From Macrostomum lignano (taxonomy: Eukaryota): a DNA stretch of 64,000 nt. Where the stretch lies: the NCBI GenBank assembly GCA_002269645.1, contig NIVC01000312.1, positions 62,001-126,000 on the forward strand, read 5' to 3'. The notes under the pieces are model-generated. The model was not told the origin of the DNA, searched no databases, and worked only from the letters and a program-made list of their open reading frames with translations. Made by a program: the position numbers and the translations under genes. Positions 9,701-21,105 of the stretch are shown here, one piece after another (position 1 is the first letter of the stretch; the number at the start of each line of letters is the position of its first letter).

Positions 9701-11145
9701 TGCTAGCCGCAGTTATCTCAGCAGATCGACTTACGTTAACGTAAGCCTCGACTCTCTTGTAAATTTACAAGAGAGTCGAGGCTTCTTCAACCCTCCTCCT
9801 TTTGCAACCGGGCTTGGGACCGGCTTTGCGGAGTTAAAGACAGCCAGTGTTTCCTACACTCAGCTGCTTCATTTTCTGGAAGCATCGGTACTTCCAGCCA
9901 GAAGCAGCCGAAGAAGAAGCCCATTTTTAGCGGGATAGCAATTATAGCCATTATTAAACCAGCTTTCCGAACCGGAATATTGTCCGTTGCGTACCGGTGA
10001 AACGACGGCTCGGCGCCCAGTCGAAATAACGGGCGAAAATCCGGTACAGAAATGACGCATTACCCCTCCTGCACCGGTTTTTCGTCACGCTCAAAACGGA
10101 TGCTCACATAACAAACAAGCGGACAATATTCCGGACGAATAACCGGCGCTCATTGTTCCGGATTTGTCCGATTCTTAGAATTTATTGGACCGGTCTTTGT
10201 CCGGTTTTGTTCTGCTCCGGTTTCGTCCGGTTGTGGTCCGAAAACAAGCTCTTTTCCGGCACAATCCGGGTGAAGGAGTATAAATTTCGGATCTAAATCC
10301 GGCTGCAGAGTTTGGCGGGTACAGACACAGCTGCAGACACAGCTGCAGACACAGCTGCAGACACAGCTGCAGACACTGTTACAGACACAGCTACAGACAC
10401 AGCTGCAGACACAGCTGCAGACACAGCTGCAGATACAGCTGCAGATACAGCTGCAGACACAGCTAGAGACACAGCTGCAGATACAGCTACAGACACAGCT
10501 GCAGATACAGCTGCAGACACAGCTGCAGACACTGCTACAGACACTATTGCAGACACAGCTACAGACACTGTTACAGACACAGCTGCAGACACAGCTGCAG
10601 ACACAGCTGCAGACACAGCTACAGACACAGCTGCAGACACAGCTGCAGACACAGCTGCAGATACAGCTGCAGACACAGCTAGAGACACAGCTGCAGATAC
10701 AGCTGCAGACACAGCTGCAGACACAGCTGCAGATACAGCTGCAGACACAGCTGCAGATACAGCTGCAGATACAGCTGCAGACACAGCTAGAGACAGCTGC
10801 AGATACAGCTGCAGACACAGCTGCAGATACAGCTGCAGACACAGCTAGAGACACAGCTGCAGATACAGCTGCAGATACAGCTGCAGACACAGCTAGAGAC
10901 AGTGCTACAGACACCACTCCAGACCCCCAAATCCTCGTACGCCCTCCCCCCGGCAGGTGAGCCGTCTGTCTGGCATGGTCAGCCGCCTAGCGGTGCAGCA
11001 GTCGCAGCGCCTGGCCTACACCAAGTACAGCCTGTGGCTGCTGGCCTTTGGAGTCATTTTCCTGGCCTTTCTATTGGGCTGGAGCTGCGGCCGGCAGGCC
11101 GCCTCATCAAGTCATGCAGGCCCGCCTCACTCTACAGATCTGTGA
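799..11145 (+). CDS. MOSPD2: MSP-domain tail-anchored ER protein, MOSPD2-like (3' part only; exons ~799-1045 and 10957-11145)
   Basis: The + frame at 782-1045 reads ...DKLQLLAAPVESGLSREACQEALKSAPSEALMEHRLRCRVE...LAALRSE, resembling the MSP-domain end of MOSPD2 (MEHRLRC). The phase-0 donor GAG|gtaagc (1045/1046) joins the acceptor cag|GTG (10956/10957), giving VSRLSGMVSRL...YSLWLLAFGVIFLAFLLGW, a short coiled coil plus C-terminal TM. The exon start at 799 is tentative. Confidence 0.7.
1225..1568. repeat. 12-bp minisatellite (GCAGACACAGCT)n, left half of an array split by the transposon
   Basis: Period 12; same unit resumes at 10320. Confidence 0.95.
1761..1858. repeat. 49-bp direct duplication in the CCGG-rich subterminal region
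   Basis: TTGTTCCGGTGCCTGATCCGGTCAAAGAGAGCCGGATGTTGCGCCGGTT occurs at 1761 and 1810. Confidence 0.9.
2212..4125 (-). CDS. Transposon accessory protein with coiled coil and BEN-like domain; exons 4125-3393 and 3323-2212
   Basis: A 69-bp GT-AG intron (3392-3324, gtaagt...ctgacag, phase 1) joins ORFs 3382..4125 and 2212..3339 in frame. LLRCLLRALFSETEFSGANFSG...NPAKLLIAKQWL fits the BEN-domain pattern and follows a heptad-rich segment. Confidence 0.75.
4646..5833 (-). CDS. RBBP8-like: Compact CtIP/Ctp1/Sae2 (RBBP8)-like protein carried by the transposon
   Basis: The C-terminus RRKADRLELQAHCCPDCESWYSNLSPESRQRRLQQAGKHR...DPRQFWAIDMPET aligns almost without gaps to remembered human CtIP [40 protein letters not shown]...TPENFWEVGFPST. 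The N-terminal CPICRALTEE plus coiled coil resembles CtIP CDRCAVTEE. Confidence 0.85.
   Translation of the reverse strand: MDHWSHAASCPICRALTEENRLLRSELLRLGRSRPTSPVFNTGSMVRAHRAIVALDDIPSTQVLQSMWPFDSTPLVLAKPVAASNEEPADEAVDRFNYDDEEGSETQGPDMYHVPPAAEPAPEPEAVDRFNYDDEEGSETQGPDMYHVPPAAEPAPEPEAVDRFNYDDEEGSETQGPDMYHVPPAAEPAPEPEAVDRFNYDDEEGSETQGPDMYHVPPAAEPAPEPEAVDRFNYDDEEGSETQGPDMYHVPPAAEPAPEPSRRVSLFAGLYAGMSSSQIRADYNLLPERTSRPACVFPCRRKADRLELQAHCCPDCESWYSNLSPESRQRRLQQAGKHRSNQPKPIADPRQFWAIDMPETPPEAPVAAMRPLRRRRRPLRDLRELQQEKKAHGKN
5054..5563 (-). repeat. Five identical 102-bp in-frame coding repeats (34 aa EAVDRFNYDDEEGSETQGPDMYHVPPAAEPAPEP)
   Basis: Period 102 verified (5054 vs 5156); 510 bp total. Confidence 0.95.
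6152..6385 (-). CDS. Small Cys/His-containing ORF of unknown function (77 aa)
   Basis: ATG directly follows ctaag, with a CTAAC branch-like motif upstream and AATAAA downstream (6139-6134). Contains CHAH and CLHC. No family recognised. Confidence 0.4.
   Translation of the reverse strand: MTKWSEAKQYISNSCHAHPKMYTYFAPVRLSQREQQYKRLLCLHCSKLRQCDDVFLRLKNESYSFNSSVLCNTKVYN
6435..9240 (-). CDS. EnSpm/CACTA-type DDE transposase; predicted exons 9240-8829 (in-frame TGA at 9153-9151) and 8731-6435
   Basis: Motifs CFDGFPRF, MMDAPAR...CDKC, YLH, HQVCCH and GLFE match the D, D, CxxC, [M/L]H, H(3-4)H, E signature of CMC transposases. A 97-bp GT-AG phase-1 intron (8828-8732) links an acidic N-terminal exon in frame. 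Confidence 0.9.
9730..9784. other. Overlapping perfect palindromes (16 bp, 9730-9745; 42 bp, 9743-9784)
   Basis: CTTACGTTAACGTAAG and AAGCCTCGACTCTCTTGTAAATTTACAAGAGAGTCGAGGCTT each equal their reverse complement. Confidence 0.95.
10320..10915. repeat. 12-bp minisatellite (GCAGACACAGCT)n, right half
   Basis: Same unit as 1225-1568. Confidence 0.95.
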
Positions 11146-11172
11146 CCGGGGTAGTTGGGGTGGGTCGCTACT

Positions 11173-11208
<36 letters not shown>

Positions 11209-11589
11209 CAGTAAAAGAGCTTGTATAATTTATATTTTTTGTTCTTTTAGCGAATCAACTGAACAATAGAGAAGATTGTCTTTAAAATCGATCATCAGTA
11301 TAATAATCATATCTTTTTTTCGATTGCTTGTGTGCTTTGTACCGGCGCTTTCACAACACTGACTGGACTGTTGACGTCCGGCTTAATTTGCCAATTGTAA
11401 TTCTATTTCAGTTACATTCTACCAATCAGAGTTTTATATTACTGTCAGATATTGACTGCCTTTGTGTTGCTAATTTCTCATGTACTTCTCAAGGCCTGTT
11501 ATTAATTGCATTCGATGTTAAATTTAACATTAGTCAGTGTGCAACTTTGCCTCAGTAAAATATCGATTTTATTTTATTTTAACCCCTTC

Positions 11590-12010
11590 GTCTTCTCCCG
11601 TCTTCCCCTCTGTCTTCCTTTCAGCCTTCCCCCGTCTTCCCCTCTGCCTTCCCCTCTGCCTTCCCCTCTGGATTCCCCTCCGTCTTTCTCTATGGCTTTC
11701 CCTCTGCCTTCCCCTGTCTTTCCCTTCTTGCTTTCACTCTGCCTTCCCTTCTGCCTTGCCCTCTGGCTTCCCCTCCGTCTTCCCCTTTGTCTTCCCCTCT
11801 GCCTTCCCCTCTGTCTTCCCCCGTCTTTTCCTTTGGCTTCCCCTCCGTCTTCCCCTTTGTCTTCCCCTCTGCCTTCCCCTCTGTCTTCCCCCGTCTTTTC
11901 CTTTGGCTTCCCCTCCGTCTTCTCTGCCTTCCCCCGTCTTCTCCTCTGTCTTCCTCTCTGCCCTTCTCTCTGCCTTTCCCTCTATCACCCCCTCCATCTT
12001 CCCCTCTCAC
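11590..12010. repeat. Pyrimidine-rich degenerate repeat (TCTTCCCCTCTG-like)
   Basis: Recurrent CTTCCCC motif; the + strand is almost all C/T. Confidence 0.85.
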
Positions 12011-12689
12011 ACCACACTAATATTTAATTATTTTTCTTTTGAAAATTTGCTTTTTAAGCAACAACTTCAAGCCAAAAAATTTTTTCCCTAAAGAACGAGT
12101 TTTATTATTCCATTTTTTGTAGATAAAAATGCGACTGGTCCTACTGACTTATTGATTTGCAGTACGAGTAGAGTGATGAACGAATATTTTTTCCATAATC
12201 TTTAATCGATGCAATAGCACTAAAAGTTTCTTCAGTAAAACAAACATAGATTTGGATTATTTTTGCAGCCTTTAATTTCCTGCCAGCGCTCTGTTACTCG
12301 TGCCCTAGTAGTGAAGCTTGTGTCACACTTCCTTTTCTACTCAAAGATTTTATAATGCTTTGCAAATTTTGCATGCAAAAATTGAATTAAGTTTGATTTG
12401 GTTCAGAATAAAAGTGCTCTTCAATTATTTATCCTTACAGTGTTGTCTTTCATTCTTTGTTTTTCTTTTTTTCAAATTGGAAAAGTTGTTTTTTAACTAG
12501 AACAAGTAAGCTAATCCCCTTTGTCGAAAATTTTTTTTCTGAAAAATTCCTGTTTTGAAAAAAATTTCCCTTCTTGAAAATTCCTCAGGTCAAAAATTCC
12601 CTTTGTCAAAATTCACTTTGAAATTTCTTCTAGAAAATTACCCTTCGTAGAACTACCTTTCGATAATATTCCTCTAACTAAAGAATTTC

Positions 12690-12980
12690 CCTTCATAAGA
12701 TTCCCCTATCTAAAAAATTCCTCTTTGATAAGATTTCCCTCTCTAAAGACTTCCCCTTTGATAAGATTCCCCTCTCTAAAGACTTCCCCTTTGATAAGAT
12801 TCCCCTCTCTAAAGACTTCCCCTTTGATAAGATTCCCTCTCTAAAGAATTCCCCTTTGGTAAGATTCCCCTCTCTAAAGAATTCCACTCTCTAAAGAATT
12901 CCCCTTTGGTAAGATTCCCCTCTGTAAAGAATTCCCCTCTCTAAAAATTCCCCTTTGGTAAGATTCCCCTCTAAAGAATT
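12690..12980. repeat. 33-bp minisatellite (AAGATTCCCCTCTCTAAAGACTTCCCCTTTGAT)n
   Basis: Period 33 (12728 vs 12761). Confidence 0.9.
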
Positions 12981-13029
12981 CCCCATTTCACTGGCAGTCC
13001 TAAACAACCAGTCGCACCTGGCAACTCTG

Positions 13030-16000
13030 ATGGCGGAAACGAAGCTGATGCTGGCGCCTTTGCCGTCGCCCTCACCGTCGTCAAATATGTCAAAGACGGC
13101 AGCGGCGGCGGTCAAGCCTAAGAATCGGCGAAAACGCGAGAGCGAGTTCGCTAGCGACACCGACACTGACAGCGACGCCGACGGATCTACAGTCGACTTG
13201 AGCGTCGGCGAATTCGCCAAACTCGGCCGCGCAATGCAGGAACTGCGCGCAATCCACGCCGCTCTTCGTCGGCAACGTCGGCAACTTCGCACTCGCGAGG
13301 CGGCCCTAGCGGCCCGCGAATCGGCCGCCGTGGCGGAGGCCGAGGCCGCCGCCGTTTCCGCCGCTCGTGCCGAGGCCGACGAGCGGGCCCGACTGGAGCT
13401 CCGGCTGCTCGCCTCCGAGGAGGCTGGCGCGTCGGCTCGACGCGAATGCGCCCGACTGCGCGACGCGTTCAAATCGGCTCGGGAATCGTCTGCGCAGCTG
13501 CGGCGCCAACTGGCCGAGGCCGAAGCCGAGCGCGACCGACTGGCGCGGGCCGAGCGCTCGCATCGCGCCCGATTGGCAAATCTTGGCGCCGATAATTCCA
13601 GCGCGATATCGTCATCGCCGTCGGCGGCGGCTCCTCCTTCCGCTAGGCGTCGATGCTGCGTCGATGCGGCCGGATCGAGCGGCGTCGATGTCGGAGTGCA
13701 GACTCCGGCCAAGTGGATGGCCGCCGCTGTCGCCGCTGCCGAGGCTGAGGCTGCGGCGCCCGCGGCTACGGCTGCCCTACAACTGGCCGAGGTGACTTGG
13801 CTGTGAATGTGGCATTTAATTGGTGAATGTGTTGTTTCTGTTGGTGAATGAAAGTGTGTGAGTTGGTGAATACAGTGTTTGAGTTGGTGAATGCAGTGTT
13901 TGAGTTGGTGAATGCAGTGTTTGAGTTGGTGAATGCAGTGTTTGAATTGGTAAATGCAGTGTTTGAATTGGTGAATGCAGTGTTTGAGTTTGTGAATGCC
14001 GTATTTCAGTTGGTGAATGCAGTGTTTGAGTTGGTGAATGCAGCATTTGAATTGGTGAATGCAGTGTTTGAGATTGTGAATGCCGTATTTCAGTTGGTGA
14101 ATGCAGTGTTTGAGTTGGTGAATGCCGTGTTTGAGTTGGTGAATGCAGTGTTTGAGTTGGTGAATGCCGTGTTTGAGTTTGTGAATGCAGTGTTTGAGTT
14201 TGTGAATGCCGTGTTTGAGTTGGTGAATGCAGTGTTTGAGTTGGTGAATGCAGCATTTGAATTGGTGAATGCAGTGTTTGAGTTTGTGAATGCCGTGTTT
14301 GAGTTGGTGAATGCAGTGTTTGAGTTGTTGAATGCAGCATTTGAATTGGTGAATGCAGTGTTTGAGTTTGTTAATGCCGTGTTTCAGTTGGTGAATGCAG
14401 TGTTTGAGTTTGTGAATGCCGTGTTTGAGTTGGTGAATGCCGTGTTTGAGTTGGTGAATGCAGTGTTTGAGTTGGTGAATACAGTGTTTGAGTTGGTGAA
14501 TGCAGTGTTTGAGTTGGTGAATGCAGTGTTTGAATTGGTGAATGCAGTGTTTGAGTTTGTGAATGCCGTGTTTCAGTTGGTGAATGCAGTGTTTGAGTTG
14601 GTGAATGCAGCATTTGAATTGGTGAATGCAGTGTTTGAGTTGGTGAATGCCGTATTTCAGTTGGTGAATGCAGTGTTTGAGTTGGTGAATGCCGTGTTTG
14701 AGTTTGTGAATGCAGTGTTTGAGTTGGTGAATGCCGTGTTTGAGTTTGTGAATGCAGTGTTTGAGTTTGTGAATGCCGTGTTTGAGTTTGTGAATGCCGT
14801 GTTTGAGTTGGTGAATGCAGTGTTTGAGTTGGTGAATGCAGCATTTGAATTGGTGAATGCAGTGTTTGAGTTTGTGAATGCCGTGTTTGAGTTGGTGAAT
14901 GCAGTGTTTGAGTTGGTGAATGCTGTGTTTGAGTTAGTGAATGCAGCATTTGAATTGGTGAATGCAGTGTTTGAGTTTGTGAATGCCGTGTTTGAGTTGG
15001 TGAATGCAGTGTTTGAGTTGGTGAATGCTGTGTTTGAGTTGGTGAATGCTGTGTTTGAGTTGGTGAATGCAGCATTTGAATTGGTGAATGCAGTGTTTGA
15101 GTTTGTGAATGCCGTGTTTGAGTTTGTGTCAAATGCAGTTTTATTCGGCGAAAACATAAACCTTAAAACTTGAATGTTTATTCACTTTAAATATCAAATA
15201 ATTTGCTTGGTTAGTGATCTTTTTCCCCGTCAAAAAAAGTGCTTCATCCAAATTCGCCCTCAGTCCCTGATCTCCTGGGACAACTCTGTCGGTCGCCTGG
15301 CCTGGTCGCCAATTCCGAGTTCGCCATCGACGCCAACGCCTTCGCCGCGGCCTGTAGACGCCGAAGCCGCACTGCGCTGCATGCCGCCTCTTGTCGAGTT
15401 GCTCCAGCAGCGGCTCGGCTCGCCATCGACTCGACAGCGCAGTCAGAAGACGCATTCGGTAACCTTAGCAACAGCCTCGGCCAGTCTCCGCTTTCTTCAT
15501 CGCCTGCTGTCCACTGCTGAGCTGGGTGGCGCCGGACAGCGAGTCAGCGGCGCCGCCTGCGTTCGCCAACTGGCCGAATCGCTGGCCCAGCGCCTGCTGC
15601 CTCGTCGGGATCGAGTGGAGTGCGACCAGCTGCTGCTGCTGGCCTGTCTGCTGATTCTGCGCGCGTCGATTGGCGACTTTGAAGCCCGACAGCGGGCGGT
15701 CGAAGCGCTGCGGAAACGGCTGCTGGAGTCCAGGGAGGCCCGGCGCGTTGCCGTCAGGTATGCCTGTCCTGTGCTTGTCCGTTGTTCGTCCGGTGTCTGT
15801 CTGGTGTCTGTCCGGTGTTCGTCCGGTGCCTGTCCGGTGCTTGTCCGGTGTTCGTCCGGTGTCTGTCCGGTGCTTGTCCGGTGTTCGTCCGGTGCCTGTC
15901 CGGTGCCTGTCCGGTGTTCGTCTGGTGTCTGTCTGGTGTCTGTCCGGTGCCTGTCCAGTGCCTGTCGGTTTCTATCCGGTGCCTGTCCGGTGCCTGTCGG

Positions 16001-17222
16001 TTTCTGTCCGGTGTTTGTCTGGTGTCTGTCCGGTGCCTGTCTGGTGTCTGTCGGGTGTCTGTCCGGTGTCTGTCCGGTGTCTGTCGGTGTCTGTCCGGTG
16101 ATTGTCCGGTGCCTGTCCGGTGCCTGTCGGTGTCTGTCCGGTGTCTGTCCGGTGTCTGTCTGGTGCCTGCCCGGTGCCTGTCCGGTGCCTGTCGGTGTCT
16201 GTCCGGTGTCTTTCCTGTGTCTGTCCGGTATCTGTCCGGTATCTGTCCGGTGTATGTCTGGTGTCTTGTTGGATTGTCTCTCCCGTGTCTTTCCCCTGTC
16301 AGTCCCGTGGCTTTCCTGTGTCTATGCCGTGTCTGCCCAATGTGTTTCCGGAGTCTGTCGGTGTCTGTCCAGTTTCTGTCCAACGTAGGTCAATCCCGAT
16401 GTCTGTCCGTTGTTTTTACGGTGTCTTTTCAGTGTCTAGTATTTTTTCCGGTATTTTCTGATGTTTGCCCATTGCCTGTCCGGTGTCCGGTGTCCGGTGT
16501 CGTTTTGGTGTCTGCCGGATATCTGATTGTAGTGTCTGTCCGGCGTTTGGTTTGGTTTGGCTTGCCTGGTTCTTATCGAATGTCAAAGTGCAGTTACATC
16601 ATTGTATATCTATTTTTTCACATTTGAAATGATTTATTTGGCTGGCTCACAGCTAACACAGATTTCATCTCTAAACAATCCCTAAACCCACAGATCCCTA
16701 GACGGCGGTCACTGGCTGCTGCTGGCGGTCCTGCAGTCGGCGGAGGCGCCCGCTCACCACTGGCCCGCTGCTCACCAGCGCGCCCTGCTGGACGCGGCGC
16801 TCTGTCTGGCCTGCGACGCCGAGTTTGGCGCCGAATTTTTGCGCCAACTCGTCGACGGAAGAATTGACAACGGCGTCGACGGTGGCGGCGACACGGCGAC
16901 ACGCCTGGCTGTCGGGCTGCTTCGCGTCGGCGCCGGCGTCGACCGCGGCGTCCAAGAGCGCGCCGCTGTTCTACTGCAAAAAGCGCGCCGATACGTTGGC
17001 GCCAGTAGGCGCCATAATCGGCGCCATTTTCTTGCGCCGGCGGCCGCCGCGGAAGCGCGTCGACTGCTGGCTGGCGTCGGACCAGATGACGACTTTTTGG
17101 CTGTCAATCTTAGGGCAATTCTGCGCCCCGGCGGTGCCGAAGCTGATGAAGAAGAGGAGTTTGCGAGTGTCCGGGGCGACGCCAACTCGGACGAGGGGCA
17201 AGGGGGAGACTTGTCCGGTTGA
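13030..17222 (+). CDS. CCDC138: Coiled-coil domain-containing protein 138-like; exons 13030-13791, 15264-15757, 16694-17222
   Basis: GT-AG junctions are phase-consistent (0, then 2). The protein has an N-terminal coiled coil. C-terminal ERAAVLLQKARR and DDFLAVNLRAIL resemble remembered CCDC138 EKLSIILQKLSK and HAFLCINLNSTL. Confidence 0.7.
13816..15130. repeat. 21-bp minisatellite (GTTGGTGAATGCAGTGTTTGA)n in CCDC138 intron 1
   Basis: Period 21; explains the VFELVNA/TAFTNSN pseudo-ORFs. Confidence 0.95.
15760..16500. repeat. Degenerate GTCCGGTG(T/C)CT repeat in CCDC138 intron 2
   Basis: Recurrent TGTCCGGTG core starting right after the donor at 15758. Confidence 0.85.
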
Positions 17223-20200
17223 TTGACACTTTGGACCGATTGGTGGCCATTTAGGCATTCTAGGTTCGAATTCATCAGTTAAACGGCGCAAAATCAAATG
17301 AAATAGCAGCATCTCTAGCCTACGCGTTTACACTGCTGAGCCTCTAAAATTTTAATAACCATGCAACACCACTATTTGCTATCCGACTTCTTAATAGACT
17401 GAATTTACCAGTTAGAACACAAAAAGTTTATTTAATTTTCGATGCCTCTTGTTTAAAATTGTTGTACTACGAGTATTCTCTTCCATTCCATATCATTAAT
17501 ATTCGAGCTACTTGTCTGTTTCACGTGAGTACTGTCCTAGTACGCTCGTATGTGTACATGTACATTCCCTATAAGTAGTTTTTTTCTTCAGAATTTATAT
17601 TATGTTACAAAGCTGTGCTTAATTGATAAATAAACATTAGCTGTCGTTTTACAAGTAAAATCATCAGTTGATTGGGGATTTATTAAATGCAAATGCAGTA
17701 GTGCTACAAGAATACTTGTGGTCAGTAGTATGGAACATATTGATTGCAGCAAATCGTTGTTGCCAAAATTTATTACTGACAGTGCTATCACTGTCAGGCA
17801 TCACAAATGCGTAGAAACGTAATATTTAATGAAATAGTTAAATAACAATACCAAGAATGAAGTTATTCACCCTTTACTCTATTTGGATAGCTTTCTTTAA
17901 CGAGCCTGCATCGTACATGTACTGTATATATATATTGTATATCCAATTATTGTAATTATACGAAGTTGTTACCGACGAGGTCGTCGTAGAATTGGTTTAA
18001 AAAGCCGGTTGCAAGATAGAACAGGATTCCATGCTTCTTATAGACATTTAATGATTAAAGAGATTCGTTCAATCAAGTCAAGATTGTTCAGATGAAAAAA
18101 AAAAACAGATTCCATTACCGAAAAGCAGATTTGTATAAAACTATTTTTATTGGACAAAAGTCATACATTATATATTCAAATAAAAAATTTTGTTTTGCAC
18201 ATCAGAATTTATAATTTTATGTCCAATTCAGCACAGAAGCAATAATTTTTTTAGACTACATGATTTCTACGTTTTAGGCGCTATTTTGAAATTTCGTATT
18301 GAGGTCGGGGGGGGGGTTAAGAAAAAACACGGGGTTGGTCGCCGGGTTTAATCTGTCGTTCCAGCCGGTTTCGCGTTTCAAACAACTTAAACGAAGATCT
18401 CGGCTTGCAGATGACGGGGAGCTCCGCTGCTGAGTTCCTCAGGCTCAGGGGGAGGGTAGCTGTGGTCGCGGCTGAGTGGTCTAGTTTTGCCGACATTCAG
18501 AATGCCGAATACAGTGATATGTAGCCGAAAAAAGGGAACTTCAAAATAAGCTAAATTTGTCAAGAGTCTTACTAATAGTAGTAGGTCGCTGCCATTACCG
18601 CGATTGTACGCAGGAAAAGCTCTAAAGCTTGAAGCTAGCTTGAGTTCGCTCTAGCGCTTCTCTGTAGACCTCTAAGGGTCAAATAACGCTTCCGAGGTCA
18701 CGAAGGCTAAGACACCGTTTCACACACACTATAAACTGGGCCGGAATAATTAGTGGCCAATTGAGCTAGATGAAATTGTTATTATTGAAACGAAATAGGT
18801 TACACACTGCAATCAAAGTTACTAAAATCAGTTATTAACCGTTAACTCGATGGGCGAGGAGTTGGTCGGGTCGGGATGCTGGGCTTACACATAGGGGCCT
18901 CTCGTAATGGGCTGTAAATAGAGTCAAGGAAGGCGGGCGCGATTCTTGGGCACGGGGCCACGAGAAGGGGCAAAAACCACGAGAGCGGGCAAAACCACGA
19001 GAGTCTGGTTGGGAAAGGCGGGTGCAGACTCTTAAATGGGCTCTCATGAACCACCGGGAGGAAAAGGGTTACCCCGGGGGGGACAGGAGGAGCACCGGGT
19101 GGAACAGGGGAGGATAGACCGGATGGTGATGATTAACACCGGGTGGACCCTAACGCAAAAAAACGTAGCAAAACAAAATTACGGTGAGTGGGAAGGGAGT
19201 TACATCGCCTGGGAAACGAAATGACGTCAGAGTGACGCTGAATTCACCGCATAAGAAAACAAACACTCGGTGCGGAAAAGTCTTGCACGCGGTGAAGAGA
19301 AGTGGGAGGCCTCGCCTACCACAGTATTATGCGTGTGCAAAATTTACCCGAAATATAGGCCTACTAAACTAAACTAATTCTTCGGTGGTTGTACTTCGTC
19401 AGCCGCGTCACAATATTTTGCTACCTCTAAGCACGAAACAACGCAGCAAAATGCTGCTAACAGCACGCTGGCAATGCAGGCTCTGCATGCTGTTTATAAG
19501 CAAAGTGAAAAGTACGAGGCTAAACAAAAATAACTGCACAAAAAATTCTAACCTCTTTTTAACAAGTTTGTAAAGCTTAATTTGCTGGCGTAGGTCTATT
19601 AATAAATCTATAATTGAGAATAGAGTCAATGTAGGCCCGCCCCTACGCTAGGCTTAAAGCAGGCACCCGATGAGAATCACCCGACTATCCTTCCTACATC
19701 AGTCTTCGTAATCGTAAGGTAGCATACATGAAATAATAGTAGGCTTAGGCCTAAGCAGAAAATATCTTGCTATGGCTAGTGCCTATGCCTGATGTTGTAT
19801 GATTTTGACTGTGATTGTGAATCATGATTATGATTATGGCAACACTGTCAGTAATGCAGAAACAAGGAAAAATTTTATTGCACGTGAAAACAAAAGTAGG
19901 GCCTAGTCAATTGAAATTTTGTCAAATGGCTCTTTCATATTTTTCTAGCTTCTGTTTTACTTTATTGTGTATTTAAGTACCTACCTAGTACCTAGGCCCC
20001 CTACTATATTTATTATAAGCTATAAAAATAACATAATAGGCCCCTAAGCAAGTTATTTTTAGTATGTTCTTTTGTTGGGTCCTGGCCTAGCCCTAGCCTT
20101 AAAGGCTTAACCGTTGAGTGATTTTACTTCACTTTTTTAATGCATAGGCCTAGACCCTTACAATGTTATATTTTTCATATTTATTAAAAAAATTTATAAG

Positions 20201-21105
20201 GCAAAAAAGCAAATTTGACCCTAATTATAGCTTGTAATTAGATCTAAAAGGTCCTTTAAGTTATATATTATTAGGTTTAAAGTAGGGGCCTATAACTTTT
20301 TAATTTGAAATAGGCCCTGGCCTAAGCTAGGCCTATATATTTCTTATTTGCCAAATAAATCCCTATAGGCTATAGTTTTAAAGTAATATCTTAAGTTTTC
20401 ACTAAATTGAATATTATCTAAAATGGCTTATAAATAGTATAAATAGATAAATAATTAAATATTAACCAATCATTAGAAATCTAGATCAAGGCTTTGACTC
20501 TAAGTCTAAATTTAATTTTTATATAGGCCTGGCTATGCTTTTTATATTTTAGATACAGAAATGCTTTTTCTCATGGCCATGGTCCTATATTATAGGGTAT
20601 ATAACCAAGATGGCCTGTGGCCACACACCAAAATTGGCTACTACTAAAAGGAAAAAGTTAAATATATAGACTTAGCCTTATTATTATCTATTTAGAGTCT
20701 TAGACATTTAGAGCTATTGCTATCTTAGTATATGGCCATCTTGGTCATGCGCCATATTATAGGCTTATTAATAATTCCAATTTTATTCATATAGATCCTT
20801 GTTGATAATTTTCAGCTTATCCCCATAGTAGCTTATTGAAATAGGCCTAGCTATTACTATTTAAGTCTATAGGTTAGCTATGTTAATAATTCCCAATTTG
20901 TCCATATAGATATAACAGATCCATGTAACTAATTTTTAGCTTATCTCCATGGCTAAAATTAAGTGCAGTTGTTTTTATTTAGTTTGTGTAGGCCCTATTA
21001 TTAATATTGTTATTATTAGTACATTTTTATTGTAACATATTATATTGCTTAGTTTAAAGTAATTATAGTTTAGTATGATTTTACTACTAAGAAAACTATA
21101 GTAAG

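Larger units (their letters stand above)
1569..10319 (-). mobile_element. EnSpm/CACTA-like (CMC superfamily) DNA transposon, 8751 bp, with cargo genes
   Basis: Perfect 11-bp TIRs CCCGCCAAACT (1569-1579) and AGTTTGGCGGG (10309-10319). TA is duplicated at 1567-1568 and 10320-10321, and removing the element restores the array variant GACACAGCTACAGACAC. Subterminal regions are CCGG-rich. A DDE transposase lies inside. Confidence 0.93.

Noticed and set aside
10957-11145. Bet1/SNARE C-terminus
   Set aside because: The upstream in-phase exon carries the MSP-domain end (MEHRLRC), which fits MOSPD2/VAP-type proteins better.
12891-13795. Minus-strand and alternative-frame ORFs over CCDC138 exon 1
   Set aside because: GC-rich shadow frames of a coiled-coil exon with consistent splice phases.
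13816-16627. Long ORFs VFELVNA..., HSPTQT..., CLSGVCPV...
   Set aside because: Intronic tandem repeats bounded by canonical splice sites.
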